Shown piece by piece: positions 22,003 through 30,324 of a stretch of DNA of 30,324 bases (position 1 is its first letter; every line of letters begins with the position of its first letter). The DNA comes from Mesotaenium endlicherianum. Its lineage: Eukaryota. Location of the stretch: the NCBI GenBank assembly GCA_009602735.1, contig WELA01002297.1, forward strand, positions 986,126 to 1,016,449, read 5' to 3'. Position numbers and translations under genes: made by a program. The notes under the pieces are model-generated. The model searched no databases and was not told the origin of the DNA. It worked only from the letters and a program-made list of their open reading frames with translations.

Positions 22003-22636
22003 TGAAATGAATCGCCTTACCAAATAGGCGATTAACAATTTATAAAGATCTTTATATCAGCAAGTAATCTTTATGGTACTTTCCGTTAACTGTTTAAACG
22101 GCAAAAGAACAACGCACTAGCAGTGAATAATACTCGTCAGCCAAATGAGAGTAAACTAGCATCAATAATGCAAATCAGTAAACTCATACATAAGCAAGGT
22201 TAGAAGACAGTGCGTATCAATGGCTTCTCGCCTTGGATTCAGATCTCTCTCAGTAAGCTGTACAAGAGAGTTGGCCTCGTTTCCGAATGCCGAACTCGAG
22301 AGCAATGCCTAGCATATGTACATGGAATGAGTTTACTGTTCAACGGTCAGTGCGATGGCACCGCCTACCCGGGAGTTAACCACGTTGGTAGGACCTCGGT
22401 TAACCAAATCCACCGCCATCTCCCATCATCCCGAATAGCCATCCATCATAGGGATGTCATCTGGCTATTCATCTAGCATATCGCACTTAGATGCATATCA
22501 AGGCAGTTCGCTGCTAACGAGTACGGAAGTCAGCTTGCTGTCAAAGAATGTGTCAGCCAGCTGACTTATATGGACTTTCAGCCTGCTGCTATCGAGTACG
22601 GAAGTCAGCTTGCTGTCAATATATTGATTCATTACA
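22003..22636 (-). mobile_element. LTR F: both termini present, internal deletion plus ~30-bp duplication, no TSD
   Basis: TGAAATGAATC at 22003, GATTCATTACA ending 22636; 22591-22619 repeats ~22516-22544; flanks CACTC vs AGACA. Confidence 0.9.
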
Positions 22637-22728
22637 AGACAACACTGCTATAGAAGGAAGGAGCTACAGCACTGGACAGGTACATCGAGACACACACCGG
22701 CGTGGTCCTTTACAAAGATTATGCTAAG

Positions 22729-23934
22729 ATGGTGGGCTATACAGCAGAGCAGGCCCGGTATCTCGCAGATGATTCAGAGGACAAGCCGGTCCCCATACCG
22801 GGAATAGTGGGAGATCAGAGACTCATCCGGATGGTGAGCATGCGGCCCGATAGCTTTAAGGATACGGTATTCTACCTCACACTCCTGCCAGCTTACAATG
22901 AAGTTGAGAGAAGGAGCTGGGAGTACTTGGCCAGGGAAGCAGGACAGCAGATGTTCTCTCCCCACTGGTTCCCGTGTAAACTGAGGAAGGCTGAGCACGG
23001 ACCCCAGTACTACCAGCAGCCAACAGACTGGAGGTGGATGACCGTCACAAATAAGAAGCAGGAGTGTGACCGAGCCCAACCGGATGACTTCCACTATGGC
23101 CTAGACGGCTATCTCATCCTACCACCTCACATTGCCCCTTGGGACCCCAGGCTGAATGGATGCCTGAGCAATATGAATGCAGAGACCAAGGAACATAGGA
23201 GGAGGGGAAGAGAGTACTTCTCTAAGGGAAAGCATGCCTTTGTCAAATGGGCAAAGAATGCAGGCCGGATAGATATCAGTAGGCTGAAGGCCAAGCAACC
23301 TCCAGCGCGCCCTAAGAAAGGGAGGTCGGTAGACTACTCCATGTCTACTAGGGAGCAGGACGACTTAGTGGACGAGACCCCTACTCTCTCCGAGGAGGAG
23401 GATGAGGAGGATGAGGAAGAAGAACAAGGCAGAGGAGAAGCATCAGCAGCAGGTACTCAGGATACCCAGGGACAGGCAGGGGCGCTTCCTAAAGAACCAC
23501 GATCAGGTGTTTGGAATGTGATCCCCGTTATGGCGACAACTGGACCCCGCGCTCGCTCCCCCAGCCCACCTGCCCAAGCAGGGGAAGAAGCTGATCTGAC
23601 TGTACTGGGCAGCAGACACAGACAGAAATCCCCAGAGGACAGGGGTGCCAGAAGAGGGACACGCGGGTGGGCCAGAGGTATGCCAGCCTCCCCCTCCGCT
23701 CAGGGGCATGTACCTCTAGCCAATGTATTTCAGCATCCTACTGGAATGCCTGTCTATGTGGGAATCAACACCCAAGTGGTTGAAGAGCAGGCCACCATCC
23801 TCCGTTCTCCTCGAGGGCCAACTTTAGAGCAAACAGGGTTCTTTAGAAGGCCAGCTGACAGACCTAGAGGGCTGTCCAGATCTAGGTCCAGATCTCCGTC
23901 TCCTGATCCTGAAGCCCCAGGAACAACCCCTTAA
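22729..23934 (+). CDS. Retrotransposon extra ORF of unknown function (~401 aa from first ATG; possibly 5'-truncated by LTR F)
   Basis: Long open frame ending 113 nt before the LTR; aromatic-rich N-half, basic patch, poly-Glu tract, RS-rich tail; two more copies in the window. Confidence 0.75.
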   Translation: MVGYTAEQARYLADDSEDKPVPIPGIVGDQRLIRMVSMRPDSFKDTVFYLTLLPAYNEVERRSWEYLAREAGQQMFSPHWFPCKLRKAEHGPQYYQQPTDWRWMTVTNKKQECDRAQPDDFHYGLDGYLILPPHIAPWDPRLNGCLSNMNAETKEHRRRGREYFSKGKHAFVKWAKNAGRIDISRLKAKQPPARPKKGRSVDYSMSTREQDDLVDETPTLSEEEDEEDEEEEQGRGEASAAGTQDTQGQAGALPKEPRSGVWNVIPVMATTGPRARSPSPPAQAGEEADLTVLGSRHRQKSPEDRGARRGTRGWARGMPASPSAQGHVPLANVFQHPTGMPVYVGINTQVVEEQATILRSPRGPTLEQTGFFRRPADRPRGLSRSRSRSPSPDPEAPGTTP

Positions 23935-24011
23935 GGTGACACGCTGAAGAGGCAGTCAGTAAGGGAGGCTGGTCAGGTTCAGTTCCCTTATTTAAAATTT
24001 CTGCAGTTTAA

Positions 24012-24047
24012 TGTTGTCGAGGCGACAACAAGTTAAGTTGGAGGGAT
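24012..24047 (+). promoter_or_regulatory. 8-bp hairpin plus polypurine tract
   Basis: TGTTGTCG-AGG-CGACAACA, then TTAAGTTGGAGGGAT directly before the LTR TG. Confidence 0.85.
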
Positions 24048-24767
24048 TGTAATGAATCAGTATATTAGTGGATATAATATTCATTTAAATATAATAGTTA
24101 ATTAAGTTCAGCCTGCTGAACTTTAGTTAATAGTCAGTCTGCTGGACTTTACATAATTATCAGTTTAATGACTCAGCCGAAAGCAGCAGGCTGAAGTCAA
24201 CTTAAGTCAGCTTGCTGACACATTCTTTGACAGCCAGCTGACTTCCGTGCTCGGTAGCAGCGAACTGCCTTGATATGCATCTAAGTACCACCTGCTAGAT
24301 GAATGGCCAGATGACATCCCCATGATGGATGGCTATTCGGGATGATGGGAGATGGCGGTGGATTTGGTTAACCGAGGTCCTACCAACGTGGTTAACTCCC
24401 GGGTAGGCGGTGCCATCGCACTGACCGTTGAACAGTAAACTCATTCCATGTACATATGCTAGGCATTGCTCTCGAGTTCGGCATTCGGAAACGAGGCCAA
24501 CTCTCTTGTACAGCTTACTGAGAGAGATCTGAATCCAAGGCGAGAAGCCATTGATACGCACTGTCTTCTAACCTTGCTTATGTATGAGTTTACTGATTTG
24601 CATTATTGATGCTAGTTTACTCGCATTTGACTTACGAGTATTATTCACTGCTAGTGTGTTGTCCTTTGCCGTTTAACCAGTTAACGGAAAATACCATAAA
24701 GATTACTTGCTGATATAAAGATCTTTATTAATTGTTAATCGCCTATTTGGTAAGTCGATTCATTTCA
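24048..24767 (+). mobile_element. LTR E (720 bp), preceded by a PPT and followed by a PBS
   Basis: TGTAATGAATC...GATTCATTTCA, 10/11 terminal inverted repeat. Confidence 0.95.
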
Positions 24768-24768
24768 G

Positions 24769-24780
24769 TGGTATCGGAGC
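24769..24780 (+). promoter_or_regulatory. Primer-binding site, tRNA-iMet type
   Basis: TGGTATCGGAGC vs the usual plant TGGTATCAGAGC. Confidence 0.9.
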
Positions 24781-24801
24781 AGTTATCACAGTCTTCTTTG
24801 T

Positions 24802-26280
24802 ATGGTAAGGACAAGGTCTCAAACTAGCAACTCCCGAGACATGGAGAACCAGGATAACGAGAATGTCGAAAACCAGGCGGAAAGCCATGTAGCGGGAAAC
24901 CGTACCTATTCGGAAGCAGTAGCGGATACTGCAGCTAGGGAGGCTGCAGATGAGGCAGCTGCTATTGCCTCAGTCGCAGCTCAGCAAGCTGAGGAGGAGA
25001 TAGCCAGACTAGAAGCTGAACAAGTAGCAAAGGCCGCTGAAGATATACAAAGGAGGGAAGGACAGCCAGCTGACGAGCGCACTGTTGAAGAACTTATGGC
25101 ATCAAGGGCCAATGTTCTGAACCCACCTCCTGCCGTACAACTCAATGTACCCCTAGGTCAAATACGTGACCGGCTGAATGCGGCAGGAATTGCTGCTGCA
25201 GGAGCAAGAGGGATTGTTGAGGACACTACTCAGCGAGTAGATGCCAATGCTGCTGCTGCATTTGCTAATCTACCACCCCAAAATGTAGACTTGGGAGCAT
25301 TGTTCGTTCAGATGCAGTCGCAAATGGCGACCATGTATCAGTCCCAGCAGGAGGACAAAAGAATCATAATGTCCCTACTCCGGGACAGAGACCAACTGGG
25401 GTCTCACACCACTAGTGGTGGTGGCCGAGGGCCTAGTAAGCCCAAGCCGAAACCTCCCCAGGACTATGATCCTGAGGGAAACAGAAAATATTACCTGATC
25501 AAGTTTCTCGCGGATGTTGAGCAGTGGCTGGAGAACTACCCAGAACTGCAAGATTACGAGAAGGTCAGGCACACCGGTGCGCTACTGAAAGGCAGTGCCG
25601 CAGACTGGTGGCTTTACTGGAAGGAAGAGCGTAAGGCTCGGCAACTCGGTGACCCTACGTGGGTAGAGTTTGTCGAGAAGTTGCATGAGAAGTTTGATGT
25701 CATCAACCAGCAGGAGAAAGCTATCTATGCGATGATCTCCCTGACACTGAAGCAGACCACTTCAGTTGCTGAGTTTGCTCAAAAGTTCCAAGAGAACATG
25801 ATGAAGCAGCCTGATTTGCCAGAACGGTATAGGATAGCATACTTCAGGTATGGCTTGAAATCCGAGGTCTCTGGTCATTTTGCTGAGAAAAAGTATGAGA
25901 AACTGGCTGACTTGATCCAGGATGCTGACGCCTGGGATCAGCAGCAGTTCAATCACAAGCGCCAGAGTAACGCTTTGGTGTCTAAGATTGTCAAAAAGCC
26001 CCACGGTTCCTACAATGCAGTTGAAGGAGACCAGGCTGAGGATAATCAGGGTGATGAATATGAGTATGAGTACAATGCTATTCAGTCTAGAGGTAGAGGT
26101 GGTCCCTCTCGAGGTGGCTATGGAAGGGGTGGTGGTAGGACTAAGCCGAGACCAGCCTCAGCAAAATCTACTTGCTACCATTGTCAGCAGAAAGGCCACT
26201 ACAGAGAACAGTGTCCGGTCAAGCACCTGCCTAAGGTCGAGAGAAAAGACCAGCCTTTAAAAGACAGCAACAGTCAGTAA
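24802..26280 (+). CDS. gag: Ty3/Gypsy Gag
   Basis: LKGSAADWW...TWVEF...[10 protein letters not shown] capsid-type motifs, RGG tract, CCHC knuckle [14 protein letters not shown]. Confidence 0.95.
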   Translation: MVRTRSQTSNSRDMENQDNENVENQAESHVAGNRTYSEAVADTAAREAADEAAAIASVAAQQAEEEIARLEAEQVAKAAEDIQRREGQPADERTVEELMASRANVLNPPPAVQLNVPLGQIRDRLNAAGIAAAGARGIVEDTTQRVDANAAAAFANLPPQNVDLGALFVQMQSQMATMYQSQQEDKRIIMSLLRDRDQLGSHTTSGGGRGPSKPKPKPPQDYDPEGNRKYYLIKFLADVEQWLENYPELQDYEKVRHTGALLKGSAADWWLYWKEERKARQLGDPTWVEFVEKLHEKFDVINQQEKAIYAMISLTLKQTTSVAEFAQKFQENMMKQPDLPERYRIAYFRYGLKSEVSGHFAEKKYEKLADLIQDADAWDQQQFNHKRQSNALVSKIVKKPHGSYNAVEGDQAEDNQGDEYEYEYNAIQSRGRGGPSRGGYGRGGGRTKPRPASAKSTCYHCQQKGHYREQCPVKHLPKVERKDQPLKDSNSQ

Positions 26281-26297
26281 TCCAGTCTACTGACTGT
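26256..26297 (+). promoter_or_regulatory. -1 programmed ribosomal frameshift signal
   Basis: U_UUA_AAA (26256-26262) in the gag frame, 7-nt spacer, perfect 10-bp stem ACAGTCAGTA/TACTGACTGT; pol frame is -1 and open from 26235. Confidence 0.8.
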
Positions 26298-26348
26298 GAG
26301 GATGCTAGAGATAGTGAGTCGTCACTAGCTGCCCTCGTAGCAGGTATT

Positions 26349-29300
26349 ATGGGTCCTGCTGAACTGGATTCACTATGCATGCCTGACAAACAGATAAAGG
26401 AGACCATCAGTAATATAGACGTCCAGAGAGTGCACACTCTGGATGCTCTTGTTCCACCTGATGTCCAACATTTCTTTGCTACGTCAGGAGAACAATGCGA
26501 AAGTCAGGAAAAGACAGTCCCCCCTATCCTACTGCATTGCATGATTGCAGGTAGGAAGGTGAGGGCATTTGTTGACGGAGGGGCGTCACATACTTTTATT
26601 CACAAGGACTTAGTTAAGCGGCTAAGGCTGCCTACTGTCACCCAAGGGAATAGAAAAATATTCCTTGGAGATGCCTCAAGTATCCCGGGAGGAGTTATAA
26701 CCAAGCCTATTGAGGTCCAGTTAGGTTCTGGCATTGCAGTTCTAACTGAAACGCTTACATTTGAGGTACTCAACACTGGCTTTTATGATCTCGTGCTAGG
26801 CAGGTCCTGGCTTAATAGACATCAAGCTGAAGTGTGTTGGAGCAGAGGTACAGTTAAAGTGAGAGGAGCCAGTGATGGGCAGACTGACTTGGCACCCACC
26901 AGTGCTCTTCCTCTTGTCCTGTGTGGATGGCAAATGAAGGAAAAGAAGAGGCTTCCAGAAGGATGCAAGTTGCTGAATGCAATGGAGTTCGTCAAAAGCT
27001 GGAACCAGAAGGAAGACAGAATGTTCTGTCTGCTGCTAAGAGAGGTACCTCCTCAACCTGAAGAAGTGGTTGAGAAAAAGGTAAGCCCTCCGGAGCACCC
27101 TACTGCTGCAAAAATTGTTGCTCAGTACACTGATGTGTTTAACATGCCTCCAGGACTACCCCCTAAAAGGGAAGTAGATCATAGGATTGATCTATTACCT
27201 GGTAGCCAGCCACCCTGGCAACGCACTTATGGCTTGTCTTATTTGGAGAGCGAGGAGTTGAAAACACAGATTGCAGAGCTGGAGGAAAATGGTTACATTT
27301 CTCCCAGTAAATCACCGTACGGCGCACCTATCCTATTTGTTAAGAAAAAGGATGGCAGTATGCGGATGTGTGTGGATTACAGAGCCCTGAACAGAATTAC
27401 AGTAAAGAACAAGTATGCTTTACCCAGAATCGAGGACTTGCTTGATACCCTGTCTGGCGCTAAGGTGTTCAGTAAGATAGATCTCAAGAGTGGTTATCAT
27501 CAAATCAGAATTGCTGAGGGGGATGAACACAAGACTGCTTTCCGCACACGTTATGGACACTATGAGTTCAACGTGATGCCATTTGGACTGACTAATGCTC
27601 CTGCTACCTTTATGGGTGCTATGAATGACATTTTCAGACCTTATTTGGATAAGTTTGTGCAAGTTTTCCTGGATGATATTTTAATTTTCTCTAAAGATGA
27701 AGCTCAGCACACTGAACACTTAAAGAAAGTGCTGGACACTCTGCGGAAAAATCACTTGTATGCTAAAATGAGCAAGTGTGATTTCTTTAAGGAAAGTATT
27801 GAATTCTTAGGCCACGTTGTCAGTAAAGAGGGCATCAGTGTGGATCCTAAGAAAGTCCAGACCATAAGGGACTGGCCAGTACCACAGTCTGTCTCTGAAG
27901 TTAGATCCTTCCTCGGGTTGGCTAACTACTATAGGAGATTTATTGAGAATTATTCCACAAAGGCCAGTAAACTGACTGACCTTACTAAGAAAGACATCGG
28001 GTATGTGTGGGGGGAAGAGCAGCAGGCTGCCTTCCAGACCCTTAAAGATGCCCTTTGTTCTGCCCCAGTGCTAGCCGTGTATGACCCCAGCAAACCGGTG
28101 CAGGTGGTTACTGATGCCTCTGATTTTGCCATGGGTGCTATTTTGTTGCAGCCTGCTGACAAAACCACAAAGGATGGTAAGGTACGGCAGGAGTGGCATC
28201 CTGTGTTGTATGAGTCTATGAAATTTAATCCAGCGGAGATTAATTACTCAGTGCATGATAAAGAGCTGCTAGCTATCATTCATGTACTCAAACAGTGGAG
28301 AGCATACTTACATGGTAAAGCTTTTAAGGTGATTACAGATCATCTAGCTCTGACCCACTTTCAGAAGAAGTCCAAGCTGTCGAGGAGGGAGAACCGCTGG
28401 AGCCAGATGCTGGAGCAGTTCCAAGTCCAGATCGACTACAAACCAGGGAAGTTGAATCCTGCTGATGCACTCTCTAGAAGACCTGACTTGCAAGAAAGGA
28501 ACTTTAGTCAGCATACTGTAGATAAAGTCCTGTGTGCACTCACTTCACTAAAGGTGAAAAAGTCCTTCCTTGAACAACTTAGGAAAGCCTACCTTTCTGA
28601 CCCAACATTTGAGCCCAGCCCCACTACTGGTGTGTGTCGTGCTACTGCACTCGGGTATAAGCTCAAGGGAGGGGTCTGGGTGACTGAAACCACTTCAGGC
28701 AGGCTGAAGCTGGTCATTCCTAATAATTTGGAAATAAGGTCTCTCTTACTGAGTCAAGCTCATGACAGTCTCCTGGGTGGACATTTGGGGCAGGCCAAAA
28801 CTGTTGGCAAACTGGCAAAACATTATCATTGGGAGGGGTTACCCCGGGAGGTCTTGAAATATGTCAAGTCCTGTGACCAGTGTCAGAGAAATAAGTCTCG
28901 GCACACACCACCCGGAGGTCTCTTGCAACCGCTACCCATCCCAGCGGGACGCTGGGAAACTATATCCATGGACTGGGTGGTCTCACTATCAAGAACTGCC
29001 AACGGGCATGATTCAATACTGGTAGTCGTGGATAAACTGACAAAAATGGTCATTTTTATCCCCACAACTGTCAAAGTGACTGCACTCGAAACAGCGAGAC
29101 AGTTTTACAACCATGTAGTATGCCAACATGGGCTCCCTTCTAATATCATCTCAGACAGAGACTCAAAATTCACCTCTAAGTTCTGGAGAGCTTTAATGGG
29201 GTTAATGGGAGTCAAACAGCTGCTCAGCACAGCAAACCACCCTCAGACTGATGGGCAGACTGAAAGAACTAACCGAGTTCTGCAGGAGGTGCTGAGAGCA

Positions 29301-30065
29301 TATATTAACCAAAAACAAGATAATTGGGATGACCTGTTGCCTCAAATTCAGTTTGCGGTCAACAGTGCGGTGCACGCGTCAACGGGCAAAACTCCTTTTG
29401 AACTCAGCCTGGGTAGAGTCCCTAAGTCTCCTCTAGATGTGCTAGGGGAATCTTTAACTCACCCTGAAGGGATTGACAACCCGGTCTCCCTCCAGTTAAC
29501 TCAGGAGTTTGCTGACACCCTGTCAGAAGTCCAACGAAACTTGCACACGGCCCAAGAAAACCAACAAAAATACGCTAATCAACACCGTCGGGAACTGACA
29601 TTTTCCAAGGGGGATTTAGTCAAACTGCATTCTCAGCACCTGTACCTCCCTGGTGTGGTCAAGAAAAAGCTTGGCCCTGTCTGGGTCGGTCCATATTCGG
29701 TGGTCCGTCGTGTCGGTCAGAATGCTTACAAACTGAACATGTCAGCTGAATACAAGGGGCACCCGGTCTTTAATGTCTCCTTCCTGGAACCGTACATCAA
29801 AGGTGATACACTGTTCACAGGTCGGTTCCCTGTCCAACCGGGACCGGTCCCCGCTGTCCGGGACGGCGACCCTGAGGAATATGAGGTCGATGAGATTTTA
29901 GACGCTCGCTCGGTCCGTCGATCGTCTAAATATGTCATGAAATACCTCATTCGATGGAAGGGTTACGATGCCTCTGGGGACACTTGGGAGTTTAAGGACC
30001 ACTTGACCAATGCCAAAGGGGCGTTGACACGGTTCCACCTTCGGGCCGCTGGAGTCCCTCCATAA
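26349..30065 (+). CDS. pol: Ty3/Gypsy chromovirus Pol (PR-RT-RH-INT-chromodomain); frame open from 26235, probably made as Gag-Pol
   Basis: FVDGGAS protease, [26 protein letters not shown] RNase H, HHCC + DDE + GPY integrase, EEYEVDEIL...YLIRWKGY...TWE chromodomain. Confidence 0.97.
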   Translation: MGPAELDSLCMPDKQIKETISNIDVQRVHTLDALVPPDVQHFFATSGEQCESQEKTVPPILLHCMIAGRKVRAFVDGGASHTFIHKDLVKRLRLPTVTQGNRKIFLGDASSIPGGVITKPIEVQLGSGIAVLTETLTFEVLNTGFYDLVLGRSWLNRHQAEVCWSRGTVKVRGASDGQTDLAPTSALPLVLCGWQMKEKKRLPEGCKLLNAMEFVKSWNQKEDRMFCLLLREVPPQPEEVVEKKVSPPEHPTAAKIVAQYTDVFNMPPGLPPKREVDHRIDLLPGSQPPWQRTYGLSYLESEELKTQIAELEENGYISPSKSPYGAPILFVKKKDGSMRMCVDYRALNRITVKNKYALPRIEDLLDTLSGAKVFSKIDLKSGYHQIRIAEGDEHKTAFRTRYGHYEFNVMPFGLTNAPATFMGAMNDIFRPYLDKFVQVFLDDILIFSKDEAQHTEHLKKVLDTLRKNHLYAKMSKCDFFKESIEFLGHVVSKEGISVDPKKVQTIRDWPVPQSVSEVRSFLGLANYYRRFIENYSTKASKLTDLTKKDIGYVWGEEQQAAFQTLKDALCSAPVLAVYDPSKPVQVVTDASDFAMGAILLQPADKTTKDGKVRQEWHPVLYESMKFNPAEINYSVHDKELLAIIHVLKQWRAYLHGKAFKVITDHLALTHFQKKSKLSRRENRWSQMLEQFQVQIDYKPGKLNPADALSRRPDLQERNFSQHTVDKVLCALTSLKVKKSFLEQLRKAYLSDPTFEPSPTTGVCRATALGYKLKGGVWVTETTSGRLKLVIPNNLEIRSLLLSQAHDSLLGGHLGQAKTVGKLAKHYHWEGLPREVLKYVKSCDQCQRNKSRHTPPGGLLQPLPIPAGRWETISMDWVVSLSRTANGHDSILVVVDKLTKMVIFIPTTVKVTALETARQFYNHVVCQHGLPSNIISDRDSKFTSKFWRALMGLMGVKQLLSTANHPQTDGQTERTNRVLQEVLRAYINQKQDNWDDLLPQIQFAVNSAVHASTGKTPFELSLGRVPKSPLDVLGESLTHPEGIDNPVSLQLTQEFADTLSEVQRNLHTAQENQQKYANQHRRELTFSKGDLVKLHSQHLYLPGVVKKKLGPVWVGPYSVVRRVGQNAYKLNMSAEYKGHPVFNVSFLEPYIKGDTLFTGRFPVQPGPVPAVRDGDPEEYEVDEILDARSVRRSSKYVMKYLIRWKGYDASGDTWEFKDHLTNAKGALTRFHLRAAGVPP

Positions 30066-30324
30066 CTGTCATTTCAGTTGACACGGGAAGGTGACAGGCG
30101 GTCCTGTCTCCATTTAAGTTGGAGGGGAAAATATATGACAGTTAGTGAGCGAGAGCGATAAAAACACACTCATACGTTTATGTGTAGCGCATCGCAACTA
30201 CGTCAACTTTTAACAACCATCCTGTAAGGTAAACAGCAGCGAAGCCGCTATACTAAATACTAACATACTTCCTGCAATCCCTATGACAAAGGTCCATATC
30301 CTACTAACTTGTGCCCTGGTTACA

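Larger units (their letters stand above)
24048..30324 (+). mobile_element. Apparently intact chromovirus LTR retrotransposon, continuing beyond the window
   Basis: LTR-PBS-gag-pol in Gypsy domain order with no disabling mutation seen. Confidence 0.93.

Noticed and set aside
19118..24767. Repeat array as CRISPR, retrozyme or Cassandra-like element
   Set aside because: Units are 580-720-bp LTRs with PBS/PPT; no repeat-spacer pattern, no hammerhead core, no 5S-like segment seen.
26574..26582. Protease DGG instead of D[ST]G as an inactivating change
   Set aside because: DGG occurs in other plant Ty3/Gypsy proteases; not evidence of decay.
30062..30077. TAACTGTCATTTCAG as a splice acceptor for a subgenomic extra-ORF mRNA, or as an LTR end
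   Set aside because: The match is short and could be chance; no partner donor can be shown from this window.

Overview
Eukaryotic DNA from a green-plant lineage, possibly a streptophyte alga (inference from the plant-type TOUSLED N-terminus and the intron style). It has five assembly gaps and two halves. (1) 1349-13550, minus strand: a multi-exon Tousled-like Ser/Thr kinase gene. Thirteen exons are well supported, plus one candidate; others are probably hidden in N-gaps. Most of its introns have C/pyrimidine-rich 5' ends and G/purine-rich 3' ends instead of a polypyrimidine tract. (2) ~15450-30324: a nested cluster of one Ty3/Gypsy chromovirus lineage. It contains seven LTRs or LTR pieces with TGTAAT.AATC...GATTCA.TTCA ends, a decayed gag, and an intact gag/pol with a -1 frameshift cassette and a chromodomain. 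There are also three copies of an unrecognised extra ORF lying just before the PPT and 3' LTR. An old diverged copy of this ORF keeps the same amino-acid motifs through synonymous changes, so it looks like a real element-encoded protein. Every resolvable insertion junction lies inside the lineage's own sequence, and two fall 17 bp apart in the LTR. All alignments were done by eye; no database search was run.
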